Shown here: in pieces, positions 11,269 through 20,408 of the stretch
Layout: each line of letters opens with the position of its first letter
How positions within the stretch are numbered: the stretch's first letter is position 1
NCBI GenBank assembly: GCA_963693055.1
Contig: OY843751.1
Coordinates: forward strand, 5,792,001-5,856,000
DNA length: 64,000 nt
Origin: a bacterium
GTDB lineage: Bacteria > Zhuqueibacterota > Zhuqueibacteria > Residuimicrobiales > Krinioviventaceae
Direction: 5' to 3'
Made by a program: the position numbers and the translations under genes
The notes under the pieces: generated by a model
Told to the model about the DNA's origin: nothing
The model's database searches: none
What the model saw: only the letters and a program-made list of their open reading frames with translations

Positions 11269-12554
11269 TACTTTTTAAAAATTGGATCCAAATGTCTTAC
11301 ACTGCAGGGATGTCCTCCATCCTGATATTCGCAATCTCCCCAATAAATGCAATTCACAGAACAAATGGTATCGCCTTCTTTGAGATTGGCTTTGGGATAG
11401 TCTTTGGAATCTTGTTTAACATTCCGAATAACTTTGGTTTTTTGTCTAAATCCCTGCCATCCTTCTTTGCCCAAAAGACCAACCGAGATCAACCTGGCCA
11501 GGCTTTTGGATGCTTTTGATTTTGGATTATCGAGTATAAAGGGCCGAAGCTCTTTGAGAGACTTTCGAACCTGTTCATCAAAATCTACATAACCAATATA
11601 ATCTATTGTTATTCCCAGCAGCTCACTTGCCGCTGTTTTCAAGGTGTCACCTTCTTTAATCTCATCCGCAGAGTGGACCATGTTTAATATAAGTTTGGGT
11701 CGAAAAGAACTCAGCTTTTCTTGAATTTGTTTCGAAGCGGCCGGATCAATTGTTTTCACTTGTTCAATAATATCGTACATGGTATTTGACATGCGGCTCT
11801 GATTCGTGCCAATCTGACTCTCGATAATATCTAACACTCGCGTGTTGCTCTTGAATTCACGCATCAGCATGCGCATAAAAGAGACTTTGAGGAAATTGAA
11901 CGTATCTTGAATTGCAATGGGATCCGGGGTGGTTACCAGAATTCCCTGGTCTGCTGCTATAAAGAAATCAATCACATTATAAGATGAACCGGCGCCAAGA
12001 TCAAGCAGAATAAAATCTGCATTGAGATTGTGTAAATGAGAAATAAATCTTTGCTTTTGAGAATACTGGGGATTCGCAAGACCCAATGTTCCGCATGCAC
12101 CGCTAATGAGTTTTAAATTTTCAATTGGCGTGTCCAGCAAAATATCTTCAAGACTCTCTCGCTGCATGGTATAAAAATGATAAAACGTGTATTCTGGATC
12201 CAATATACCCATACAGGTGTGAAGGTTGGCGCCGCCCAGGTCAGCATCTACAACAATAACCTGGTTTCCCAGGGCTGCTAATCCTATTCCCAGCGATGAA
12301 GTCAAACTGGTTTTACCAACACCGCCCTTGCCTCCGCCAACAGCAAAGACTATTTTTTCTTTGGGTACCGCTGCCTTTTGTTCAAACAGTGAGGAAAAAT
12401 CTTCCAGTTCACCAGCTTTAACCCATTCCTGTGTATCTTCATGGAATATCAAATCACTTTGTTGAAACTCGCCCTTTTTGGCAAGGTTTCTCAATTCTGA
12501 TGTCGAATACGGTCCTTTTTCAACATTATCAATCTTGACAAACAGCTCTGACAT
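11268..12554 (-). CDS. MinD/FlhG-like ParA-family ATPase with N-terminal GYF_2-like domain and C-terminal 4-Cys motif
   Basis: N-terminal KGPYSTSEL...EWVKAGEL (GYF_2-like). Deviant Walker A GGGKGGVGKT, VDADLGGANL, LDLGAG. C-terminal CSVNCIYWGDC...PC. Confidence 0.8.
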   Translation of the reverse strand: MSELFVKIDNVEKGPYSTSELRNLAKKGEFQQSDLIFHEDTQEWVKAGELEDFSSLFEQKAAVPKEKIVFAVGGGKGGVGKTSLTSSLGIGLAALGNQVIVVDADLGGANLHTCMGILDPEYTFYHFYTMQRESLEDILLDTPIENLKLISGACGTLGLANPQYSQKQRFISHLHNLNADFILLDLGAGSSYNVIDFFIAADQGILVTTPDPIAIQDTFNFLKVSFMRMLMREFKSNTRVLDIIESQIGTNQSRMSNTMYDIIEQVKTIDPAASKQIQEKLSSFRPKLILNMVHSADEIKEGDTLKTAASELLGITIDYIGYVDFDEQVRKSLKELRPFILDNPKSKASKSLARLISVGLLGKEGWQGFRQKTKVIRNVKQDSKDYPKANLKEGDTICSVNCIYWGDCEYQDGGHPCSVRHLDPIFKK

Positions 12555-12609
12555 ATTCCCCTCAATATCTTTCTCTATTATACATTATTATATTATACCC
12601 ATAAACTGT

Positions 12610-13761
12610 CTATTCTGCGGAATCCTGCTCTGTTATTTCCTCAACCTGATCTTCTTCCTCTTCTGCATCTTTACGCTCTAGCAGGTTTTCCTGGTCTTTA
12701 TTGTAGCGCAATACCATATAAGCAATGGTGTTGCTGGATGTAAATGTGGAAATACCATAAGAGATAACCCATCCGCCAATCATTAAAAGACTGATTGCAT
12801 AAAAATAAGATGAAATCAGTACAGACATGCCCAATTCGGATGCCGGAATAAAAGTATAAACTTTACGGAAAAATACTTCTGGTGCTGCACCCTGAAATAT
12901 GGAGACAATAAAACTCTGGAACATGATGGTCCAGGATTGTACCATTGCAAGGCCGTTATTACTAAAATTGATAAATTCTGAACCCATAGAGCCAATAAAA
13001 ATTCCATTCATAATAACAATAGATTTTTTGACAGCAAAGGCAAATAAACCAAAGGAAACAATGGACAATACAAATGCCATAACCTGATACATGATCAGTC
13101 TCCAGGGCTGTGCCCAGGTAATAGAAAACGCCTGAAAGACGGCTTCAAAAGCATCTTCATCTGTGGTGGCAATAATTGACGGTACCATCAACAATGAAAC
13201 CAAAACTATGATTATAAAAAAGAAAATTAATAGCGAAGCAATAAACCATAAAATAGTAAAAAAACTGACACCCAACGGGCCAATAAAGGGTATTACGTTT
13301 CCAAGGAATCCAACAATCGATCCGCCCAATACCAATAATAAAATGAGTACAACCAGAGAAACCGGTGTTAAAAATACAGACCAGAATTTATGCAATGCAA
13401 ATGAATAAGCTTCTTTCCAGGTATAAAAGCTGTTACCCTTGCCCACCATATACACAGCTCGTGCAACTGCCGTATTTGCCACCAAATATGCTAAAAAGAA
13501 ACCCAAAGAGCCTAATGCAAACAGAACCCACGCAAACCAGGGATAGGTCTCGGCTGATGCGTAAAGACAAGGCAATAGTCCAAATTTTTGCCATACAGCA
13601 TCAAATGCGTATCCACTGACAATGTAACTGAGATATGTAAACACCAAATAACTTGCATATCCCACAAGCATACCGACAAACTGTATCCAGATACGTTGAA
13701 TGCTGAAAGCCATGCGTGGTGCAGCAAACAAATCACGAAAATCAAACTTCATTTTTAACAT
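12610..13761 (-). CDS. Polytopic membrane protein of unknown function
   Basis: About 6-7 hydrophobic segments and an acidic tail. Start moved to 13761 (MLKMKFDF) because GGAG lies just upstream and this removes the overlap with the neighbouring gene. Confidence 0.75.
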   Translation of the reverse strand: MLKMKFDFRDLFAAPRMAFSIQRIWIQFVGMLVGYASYLVFTYLSYIVSGYAFDAVWQKFGLLPCLYASAETYPWFAWVLFALGSLGFFLAYLVANTAVARAVYMVGKGNSFYTWKEAYSFALHKFWSVFLTPVSLVVLILLLVLGGSIVGFLGNVIPFIGPLGVSFFTILWFIASLLIFFFIIIVLVSLLMVPSIIATTDEDAFEAVFQAFSITWAQPWRLIMYQVMAFVLSIVSFGLFAFAVKKSIVIMNGIFIGSMGSEFINFSNNGLAMVQSWTIMFQSFIVSIFQGAAPEVFFRKVYTFIPASELGMSVLISSYFYAISLLMIGGWVISYGISTFTSSNTIAYMVLRYNKDQENLLERKDAEEEEDQVEEITEQDSAE

Positions 13762-13807
13762 TTTTATTCTCCATGTTTGCACAAATAATACAAAAAATAT
13801 CTCAATA

Positions 13808-15118
13808 TTACAAATTTTCGCCCAAAGTTGCTTCATCCTCATCATGTGGATGATATGAAATTTTAACCAGAATGATCCGGTTATTCTCGACCTTGTTAAC
13901 CATCAATTTATATTGATTATATTTCACTACCTGGTTTGGTTCTGGCACAGAGCCGGTTTGCTCTAAAATAAAACCTCCCAGAGTATCATAATCATCTTTG
14001 ACTGGAATTTCAATTTCAATCAAATCATTCAAAGACTCTATGTCGATCTTGGCATTTACCAGATAATTATTCTCATCTGTTTTTTTATACAGGGCTTGTT
14101 CTTTGTCGTATTCATCACGAATATCACCCACAATTTCTTCTATCACATCCTCAAGGGTAACAATGCCCGCTGTACCGCCATACTCATCAACCACAATGGC
14201 CATATGCTGCCGTTCCTTTTGGAACAATCTTAAAAGATCATCTATCTTTTTACTTTCTGGTACAAACAAGGCTCCACGGGCTAATGACTTTATATCAGCG
14301 CCACCATCTCCACTGGAAATAAATGACAACAAATCTTTGGCGTTTATTATACCAATGATCTTGTCTATAGTTTCCTCATAAACCGGAATACGTGTGTGAC
14401 CCTTTTCCTTTATAACCCGAATCAAATCACTTATGGATGCGTCTTCCTGTATACATACCACATCTGTTCGTGGAACCATGATTTCACGGACGATGGTATC
14501 TCCAAACTCGAAAATCGAGTGGATCATTTCCTTTTCTTCTTCTTCCAACTCGCCCTGTTCTTCACCCAGATCCAAAAGGGCCTGAAACTCGTCGGAATGG
14601 AAAAAGCGTTCTTCTTTGGATTCTTTAATTTTAAATACATCTGTTAACCAGTTGATCACTTTTTCAAGAACCCAGGAAAACGGCCAAAACAAATAATATA
14701 TGGAAAGAATGACCAAAGACACATTCTGAGAAAAAGTTTTGGCATTTTTAACAGCAATAATTTTAGGAGTGATCTCGCTAAATACAAGAATCAAAAACGT
14801 GACCACAACAACATTTAAAACAAGAACAATTCTGGGGTCTAAACCTGCTTCTATGCTGAGACGTGTAGTCAGCATGGCTGATAATGACGCAGCAGACACA
14901 TTCACCAGGGTATTACCAATCAATATAGAAATTAAAAGACGACGTGACTGGGATAGTAAAAACAGGACCCGTTTTGCACTGCTCTTTTTTTCATCTTGCA
15001 ACTGTTTACTGGTAATTGAATTAATAGAAAAAAAAGCAGTTTCCGCCCCGGAAAAAAAAGCCGATAACAACAAGAGTACAAAAAACGCTATCGAATAATA
15101 AGGTAGTGGGTCTTCCAA
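13808..15118 (-). CDS. HlyC/CorC (CNNM-CBS-CorC, GldE-like) transporter family protein
   Basis: SAFFSGAETAFFS, SEITPK, VREIMVPRTD, VVDEYGGTAGIVTLEDVIEEIVG and DTLGGFI motifs. Confidence 0.93.
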   Translation of the reverse strand: MEDPLPYYSIAFFVLLLLSAFFSGAETAFFSINSITSKQLQDEKKSSAKRVLFLLSQSRRLLISILIGNTLVNVSAASLSAMLTTRLSIEAGLDPRIVLVLNVVVVTFLILVFSEITPKIIAVKNAKTFSQNVSLVILSIYYLFWPFSWVLEKVINWLTDVFKIKESKEERFFHSDEFQALLDLGEEQGELEEEEKEMIHSIFEFGDTIVREIMVPRTDVVCIQEDASISDLIRVIKEKGHTRIPVYEETIDKIIGIINAKDLLSFISSGDGGADIKSLARGALFVPESKKIDDLLRLFQKERQHMAIVVDEYGGTAGIVTLEDVIEEIVGDIRDEYDKEQALYKKTDENNYLVNAKIDIESLNDLIEIEIPVKDDYDTLGGFILEQTGSVPEPNQVVKYNQYKLMVNKVENNRIILVKISYHPHDEDEATLGENL

Positions 15119-15174
15119 AATGTATATTTTCTCCTAAATTTACCACTCTATATACAATTTATATCAAAAAAACT

Positions 15175-15540
15175 TTAAAGTAAATTAAATTTTTGTAAAA
15201 TTTCATCTTCTTTGCTGCGCATATTTGCTTTTTCTGTTTCTGTCTGATCATCCAGACCTGTCAAATGCAGCATTCCATGTATCATCAATCGGTATAGTTC
15301 ACTCTCTATTGACACATTGTAATTCCCGGCTTGATCTTTCGCACGATCAACGCTGATATAAATTTCACCCTCGTTATAGTCTTCAAATGACTCGCTGAGG
15401 TTGAACGTAATTACATCTGTTGGTGTGGCATCATCCAGATATTGTTCATGCATGGTTGCCAGATACTCATCCGTAACAAGCACAATGGATACCTGCCACG
15501 CTTTATCACTTTTATCATGCATATTAAACAGATTATCCAT
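15175..15540 (-). CDS. ybeY: rRNA maturation endoribonuclease YbeY (true start probably upstream)
   Basis: TDVITF, GEIYIS and IHGMLHLTGLDD metal-binding motifs. phoH-HD-ybeY-corC synteny. Confidence 0.92.
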   Translation of the reverse strand: MDNLFNMHDKSDKAWQVSIVLVTDEYLATMHEQYLDDATPTDVITFNLSESFEDYNEGEIYISVDRAKDQAGNYNVSIESELYRLMIHGMLHLTGLDDQTETEKANMRSKEDEILQKFNLL

Positions 15541-15586
15541 GACATCTTTAACAAGCGGGAACTCCAGGTTGTCCTGGTTATAATTA

Positions 15587-17971
15587 TTATTTATCTCGAT
15601 CTTGTTTATTAGCTGCCTCTGCTTTCTTTTCTGTATTTTCTTTTTTATCTGACGGGTACTCTACGCGCGCATGATGTATACCAATCAAAATTTTCTGAAA
15701 CGCTTCTGAAATTTTAGAAAGGTCTTTTAATGTCAAGGGAGACTCGTCCAATTCTCCGCTTTTAAACTTTTCATCTATGATCTGCTCAACCAGACCTTTG
15801 ATTCGGCTGGGAGTAGGATCTTTGAGTGTACGGGAAGCTGCTTCTACAACATCCGCGCACATCATAATAGCAGTTTCCCGTGACTTGGGTCGTGGACCAG
15901 GATAGCGAAAATCTTCCTTTGCCACATTTTCTTCAGTGTTCTGCTCTAACGCTTTTTGATAAAAATAGCTCATCAATGAAGTGCCATGATGCTCATGAAT
16001 AAATGCTTCCACTTCTTTGGGTAAATTGTATTGTCGTGCTATTTCTCCACCACGTTTTACATGATTGGAAAGAATAAGCGAGCTCATGGAAGGCGCCAGT
16101 TTCTCCTGAGGATTGCGTCCACGGGTTTGATTTTCAACAAAGTATTCTGGCTTTTCCATTTTCCCAATATCGTGATAATACGCACCAACACGCGCAAGCA
16201 ATGCATTACCACCAATAGATTCTGTAGCCGCTTCAGCAAGCGTACCAACCAGAATACTGTGATGGTACGTGCCCGGGGCTTGTATAGCCAACTGTCTCAA
16301 TAACGGTTGGTTCAAATCTGACAGCTCTAACAAGGTCATATCTGTTGTAATATCAAACGCAAACTCGAATACAATGATCAGTCCATAAGCAAACACTGGT
16401 GACAGAAATGCATTCATCACACCAAAACCTATATCTTGAACAATGATAGAAACTGGGATATAATTTACAAGGTCATACATGAGAATGGAAACAATATATG
16501 ATCCGGCTATATAACCAAAAGCCCGCAACACCCAGTTACGGGTACGCACCTTACTCACGGCAAGAACCGCAATGGAACATACAAAAATAGAGATAAACGT
16601 AATCACAAACTCGTCACCGCGCATGGCCCCTACCAGCAAACTGATAGTAATAGAAACCAGAAAACCCAATTGAGTATTGAAAAAGATAGTTACAATAATA
16701 GCCGCAATTGGTATGGGTATTAAATAGGGTGACAATGAAAAGCTGTTGATCAAAAATGTCAATAAAGCCAAAAATAGAATCACGATCAACACCAGCAATG
16801 ACTTGCGACGATCCATAATAATAAAACGATGATCACGCCAGATCAACATTACCAGTATACTCAGTGTAAACAGAATAATGAAAAACTTGCCAATATTGGG
16901 AGAAATGCGAGACCAGACACCAGATGTCTCTCCCAGCTCTGCTTTCGCCTGTGCCAATGATGTCAATTTTTCGATATGCTGCCTGGTTATACGCTCATGA
17001 CTGTCAATAATCCGTTCACCGGCAAGTACCTGATCTTTTGCCAGAGGTACATTTGCCACAGCAACCTCAATCATAGATTCGGTTTCCTGCCCGTCATACA
17101 ACACATTGGGAACCAAAAAGTGCGCCGATATCTGATATGCAATCTTAACCTGGCTCTCGTCCAATGATGTATTGGTGCGGAGTTTTTCAAGCAGGGTGTT
17201 ATAAGCTTCATTTTTGTCAAAATAATAATTAATGTCTTCTTCAACAAAAGGTTCGCTTGAACCCAAGTTTATCATAGTTTCTGAAGACTGATCGTTCTGT
17301 CTTACCGTGATCTTGGTTTGACTGGGAGACATTTCATTTTTATTTTTGTCAAGAATACCGGTAGAATAAAACTCTTCAATTGAGGAAGTGATCGTTCCTG
17401 ATAAAGATTTAAAGGCCTCAACGCGTTTACTTACAAAACGCTCTGGCAAATTATTTATATCAAGTCCGGATTTATCGCTAAACCCGGTTAATAAAGATAC
17501 AATATCATCATCAGAAACAATAATGCCTTCGTCTCTGAAAAGCAACCTGAAATCCTGGTCTTTTACTTCATTAAACTTTAACAATTCAGACAGGTGATTG
17601 ACAAAAGTTTTCAATTTTTGTTTTTGTTCTTCTTCAATACTGTCGTTACGTTGAAAAACCGGAGCTACACTCTCACGTGCGCGTTTGACATCATTTTCAT
17701 ACTCTTCCGGGTTTTTGTTAACAGGAAAAGTAAACGGTGCAATGATCTCTGCACCAACATAAACACTGCCTTCTTTTAAATTTGAGAATTGAAAAGATTT
17801 TCCTCTGGGGAAAAAGAAAGTCAGCAATACCGCACATCCCAGCAAAACCGCAATATCCAGAATATATTTTTTATAAACGGCTTTAAAGGATTGGTCTGTA
17901 TGAGAGACGGATGATTTATCCGTATTTTTTTTCTTTTTAAAACGATGTCTGAAATTTAAGAACGATTTCAT
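15587..17971 (-). CDS. 7TM-HDIG phosphohydrolase (PgpH-like cyclic-di-AMP phosphodiesterase family)
   Basis: N-terminal TM, large extracellular domain, 7TM region. APGTYHHS, YYHDIGK, EHHGT and FRYPGPRP motifs. Confidence 0.9.
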   Translation of the reverse strand: MKSFLNFRHRFKKKKNTDKSSVSHTDQSFKAVYKKYILDIAVLLGCAVLLTFFFPRGKSFQFSNLKEGSVYVGAEIIAPFTFPVNKNPEEYENDVKRARESVAPVFQRNDSIEEEQKQKLKTFVNHLSELLKFNEVKDQDFRLLFRDEGIIVSDDDIVSLLTGFSDKSGLDINNLPERFVSKRVEAFKSLSGTITSSIEEFYSTGILDKNKNEMSPSQTKITVRQNDQSSETMINLGSSEPFVEEDINYYFDKNEAYNTLLEKLRTNTSLDESQVKIAYQISAHFLVPNVLYDGQETESMIEVAVANVPLAKDQVLAGERIIDSHERITRQHIEKLTSLAQAKAELGETSGVWSRISPNIGKFFIILFTLSILVMLIWRDHRFIIMDRRKSLLVLIVILFLALLTFLINSFSLSPYLIPIPIAAIIVTIFFNTQLGFLVSITISLLVGAMRGDEFVITFISIFVCSIAVLAVSKVRTRNWVLRAFGYIAGSYIVSILMYDLVNYIPVSIIVQDIGFGVMNAFLSPVFAYGLIIVFEFAFDITTDMTLLELSDLNQPLLRQLAIQAPGTYHHSILVGTLAEAATESIGGNALLARVGAYYHDIGKMEKPEYFVENQTRGRNPQEKLAPSMSSLILSNHVKRGGEIARQYNLPKEVEAFIHEHHGTSLMSYFYQKALEQNTEENVAKEDFRYPGPRPKSRETAIMMCADVVEAASRTLKDPTPSRIKGLVEQIIDEKFKSGELDESPLTLKDLSKISEAFQKILIGIHHARVEYPSDKKENTEKKAEAANKQDRDK

Positions 17972-18936
17972 AAGCTTTCTTCTTTTTGATTTGAATCAAA
18001 TTCTTCATAAGCATTGATGATCTTTCTTACCAACTGGTGTCTAACAACATCCTTTTTTGAAAGATACGTAAACCCTATTCCATCCACACCCTTTAATATT
18101 TCCTGAATTTCCACCAAACCAGATTTGGTTTGCGTTGGTAAATCGATCTGGGTAATATCACCGGTAATTATCGCTCGAGAATTTGCACCCAATCTTGTCA
18201 GGAACATTTTCATCTGAGCAGAAGTAGAGTTTTGAGCTTCATCCAAAATAACAAAACTATTATTCAGTGTACGCCCCCTCATAAATGCAAGGGGAACAAT
18301 TTCAATCACATTGTTTTCAAGATTGCGTTTCAATTTATCAAGCGGCATCATATCATACAGGGCATCATACAAGGGACGTAAATAAGGATCAACCTTATCC
18401 CTGAAATCACCCGGCAAAAACCCCAGATTTTCTCCTGCTTCTACAGCGGGTCTACACAAAACCAGTTTGTCAACAATCTTGTCACGTAAACATGCAAGAG
18501 CTACTGCAACAGCTAGGTAGGTCTTGCCGGTTCCCGCAGGTCCAATGGCAAACACAATATCATTATCCTGTGTAGCCTCAAAATAAACTTTTTGCCCCTC
18601 GGTTTTGGGCTTTACAAAACTTTTCCGTGTATAAAGAATGATTGAATCTTTATCAACAACTTCATCTACCTGATCAAGCTGTCGTACCGAAAGTTTAGAT
18701 ACGGTTTCAATATCATCCGGGGTGATTTGACCATTCCGGTTTGCCATATGCAAAAGCTCGGCAATAATCTTTTCAGCATTTTCAGTTTGCTCTTTTTCAC
18801 CACGAATTAAAATTTCATGGCCCCGGGCAATAATTTGCGTATTCAGGCAAGCTTCCAAAACACGCAAATTAGCGTCCTGAGCCCCATAAAAATCCAGAGG
18901 ATTAATTCCTCGCAATGTTACTTTACGCTCGTCCAC
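17968..18936 (-). CDS. phoH: PhoH-like ATPase
   Basis: GPAGTGKTYLA, RPAVEAGENLGFLPGD, LAFMRGRT and DEAQN motifs. Confidence 0.95.
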   Translation of the reverse strand: MDERKVTLRGINPLDFYGAQDANLRVLEACLNTQIIARGHEILIRGEKEQTENAEKIIAELLHMANRNGQITPDDIETVSKLSVRQLDQVDEVVDKDSIILYTRKSFVKPKTEGQKVYFEATQDNDIVFAIGPAGTGKTYLAVAVALACLRDKIVDKLVLCRPAVEAGENLGFLPGDFRDKVDPYLRPLYDALYDMMPLDKLKRNLENNVIEIVPLAFMRGRTLNNSFVILDEAQNSTSAQMKMFLTRLGANSRAIITGDITQIDLPTQTKSGLVEIQEILKGVDGIGFTYLSKKDVVRHQLVRKIINAYEEFDSNQKEESL

Positions 18937-19009
18937 TCTAGTCCTAAAAAAATTGTACCTGGTAATGTAAGATTTTTTCAGCTATTTTAAAATAACTTTT
19001 CATCCAAAT

Positions 19010-19045
19010 AAAAAAACTCCCGGCCAGCTAGACTGACCGAGAGTT
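19010..19045 (-). terminator. Rho-independent terminator
   Basis: Minus strand AACTCTCGGTCAG-tctag-CTGGCCGGGAGTT (13-bp stem with two G-U pairs) followed by a T run. Confidence 0.8.
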
Positions 19046-19077
19046 AAAAAAGCTATATAAATAAAAGACACGTCAAA

Positions 19078-19932
19078 CTATTCTTTGGGGATAACCAAAA
19101 CAGTATGAGGGAAAATCATGTTAGGATCTTCACCAATAATGTCTTTATTCTTTTCATAGATTTTTGTCCAGGATGCAGGATCACCAATAACGTCTGCGTT
19201 ACCAGCAATTTTCTGCAAATAATCACCTTTTGCTACCAAGTATTCTTCAGGACCAACTTCGCGTTGGATTTTCAAAACCTGGTCAGGGAAAATCAGATCG
19301 GGATTTTTGATCTGGTCTTTGTTATAAGAATAAATGCGCATCCATTTGATAGGATCTGCATAAATGTCTTCTTTGCCGGAGATTTTCCAAAGGTAATCAC
19401 CAACGATTACATTGTATTCATCGTAAACTGCCTTGGGCATTTTATTCTGAACTTGGGTAATTTTGCCTTCAATAGTGGCAATAAGGTTTTGCATTTCAGT
19501 CAAAGCTGCAATTTTATTTTTCTTTGCTTCTTCCAACTGTGCAATCAAACCTTCCAGCTCGTCACGTTTTTTAAACAGTTCTTCTGGTGACAATGCCAGC
19601 AGGCCATCAACCTGAGCTTCCAGATTTTTCAATTCAGCGCGGAAAGCATCCACACCTGCTTGATCTGTGCCCAATGCCGCAAGGATTTCGCCCCAAGTCT
19701 TGTCAATATCTGCTTGGGTGGTTTCTACTTCGCCTTTTAATGAGGCCACGTCAGATTGACATGTCTCTGCGGCGGCTTTTGCGTCAGCTTCACGTTTTTG
19801 CCAGTCAGCTAATTGAGCTTTATATTCATCCATAGACATTTTTTCTTGTGCCATGGAAAAGGTTGCTCCAAAAAACAGTGAAACTGAAAGCGCCAAGGTA
19901 AAGAAGGTCAATTTTTTACCTAAAACTTTCAT
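19078..19932 (-). CDS. Secreted coiled-coil protein with two C-terminal LysM domains
   Basis: Signal peptide ending SMA|Q and a long heptad region. LysM repeats YNVIVGDYLWKIS...NPDLIFPDQVLKI and YLVAKGDYLQKIA...DPNMIFPHTVLVIP. Confidence 0.9.
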   Translation of the reverse strand: MKVLGKKLTFFTLALSVSLFFGATFSMAQEKMSMDEYKAQLADWQKREADAKAAAETCQSDVASLKGEVETTQADIDKTWGEILAALGTDQAGVDAFRAELKNLEAQVDGLLALSPEELFKKRDELEGLIAQLEEAKKNKIAALTEMQNLIATIEGKITQVQNKMPKAVYDEYNVIVGDYLWKISGKEDIYADPIKWMRIYSYNKDQIKNPDLIFPDQVLKIQREVGPEEYLVAKGDYLQKIAGNADVIGDPASWTKIYEKNKDIIGEDPNMIFPHTVLVIPKE

Positions 19933-19973
19933 CAGCTTCCCTCCAAGGGTTTCATGTTTAAATGTTAACTCGA

Positions 19974-20246
19974 TTAGTAGCCCATTTCGGCTAACCGTTT
20001 ATTAACATCTGCTTGTTCTTGTTTCATCTCTTTCAGTTCTTGTTTTTTTGCTGCCAATTGTGATTCCAGTTGTGCTTTTTGGCTTTCACAATCTGACAAA
20101 GAACTCTCTGCCGCTAAAGCAGCTGCTTTTGTTTCTTCCAGAGCTTGTAATTCTTTTTCATTTGGGCCACCACAACCTGTAAGCGCCAATGATATGAACA
20201 TCAAGCCAATTGCCGTAAAAACAATGAGACTTTTTGCTTTTTTCAT
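19974..20246 (-). CDS. Small coiled-coil lipoprotein
   Basis: Start placed at 20246 behind AAGGAGGTG. Lipobox LTGC, and the mature part is almost entirely heptad repeat. Confidence 0.8.
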   Translation of the reverse strand: MKKAKSLIVFTAIGLMFISLALTGCGGPNEKELQALEETKAAALAAESSLSDCESQKAQLESQLAAKKQELKEMKQEQADVNKRLAEMGY

Positions 20247-20354
20247 CAAGTTAACACCTCCTTTCAAGAGATTTATTTTGGATTTATCTTGACAAATATG
20301 ATACGATTATATTTGTTAATTACTTTAAATTTTAACAAAAGTTTATATCAATTT

Positions 20355-20383
20355 ATTTTACTAAAAATAAGCTAAATAGTCAA
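20355..20383 (-). promoter_or_regulatory. Sigma70-type promoter for the lipoprotein-LysM pair
   Basis: TTGACT-17 nt-TAAAAT on the minus strand. Confidence 0.6.
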
Positions 20384-20408
20384 GTAGAAAAACAGAATTC
20401 GCAATCTC

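Noticed and set aside
19974-20246. True Braun lipoprotein (Lpp) covalently attached by the nearby YkuD enzyme
   Set aside because: There is no C-terminal Lys (it ends LAEMGY), and the YkuD protein looks like a Csd6-type carboxypeptidase.
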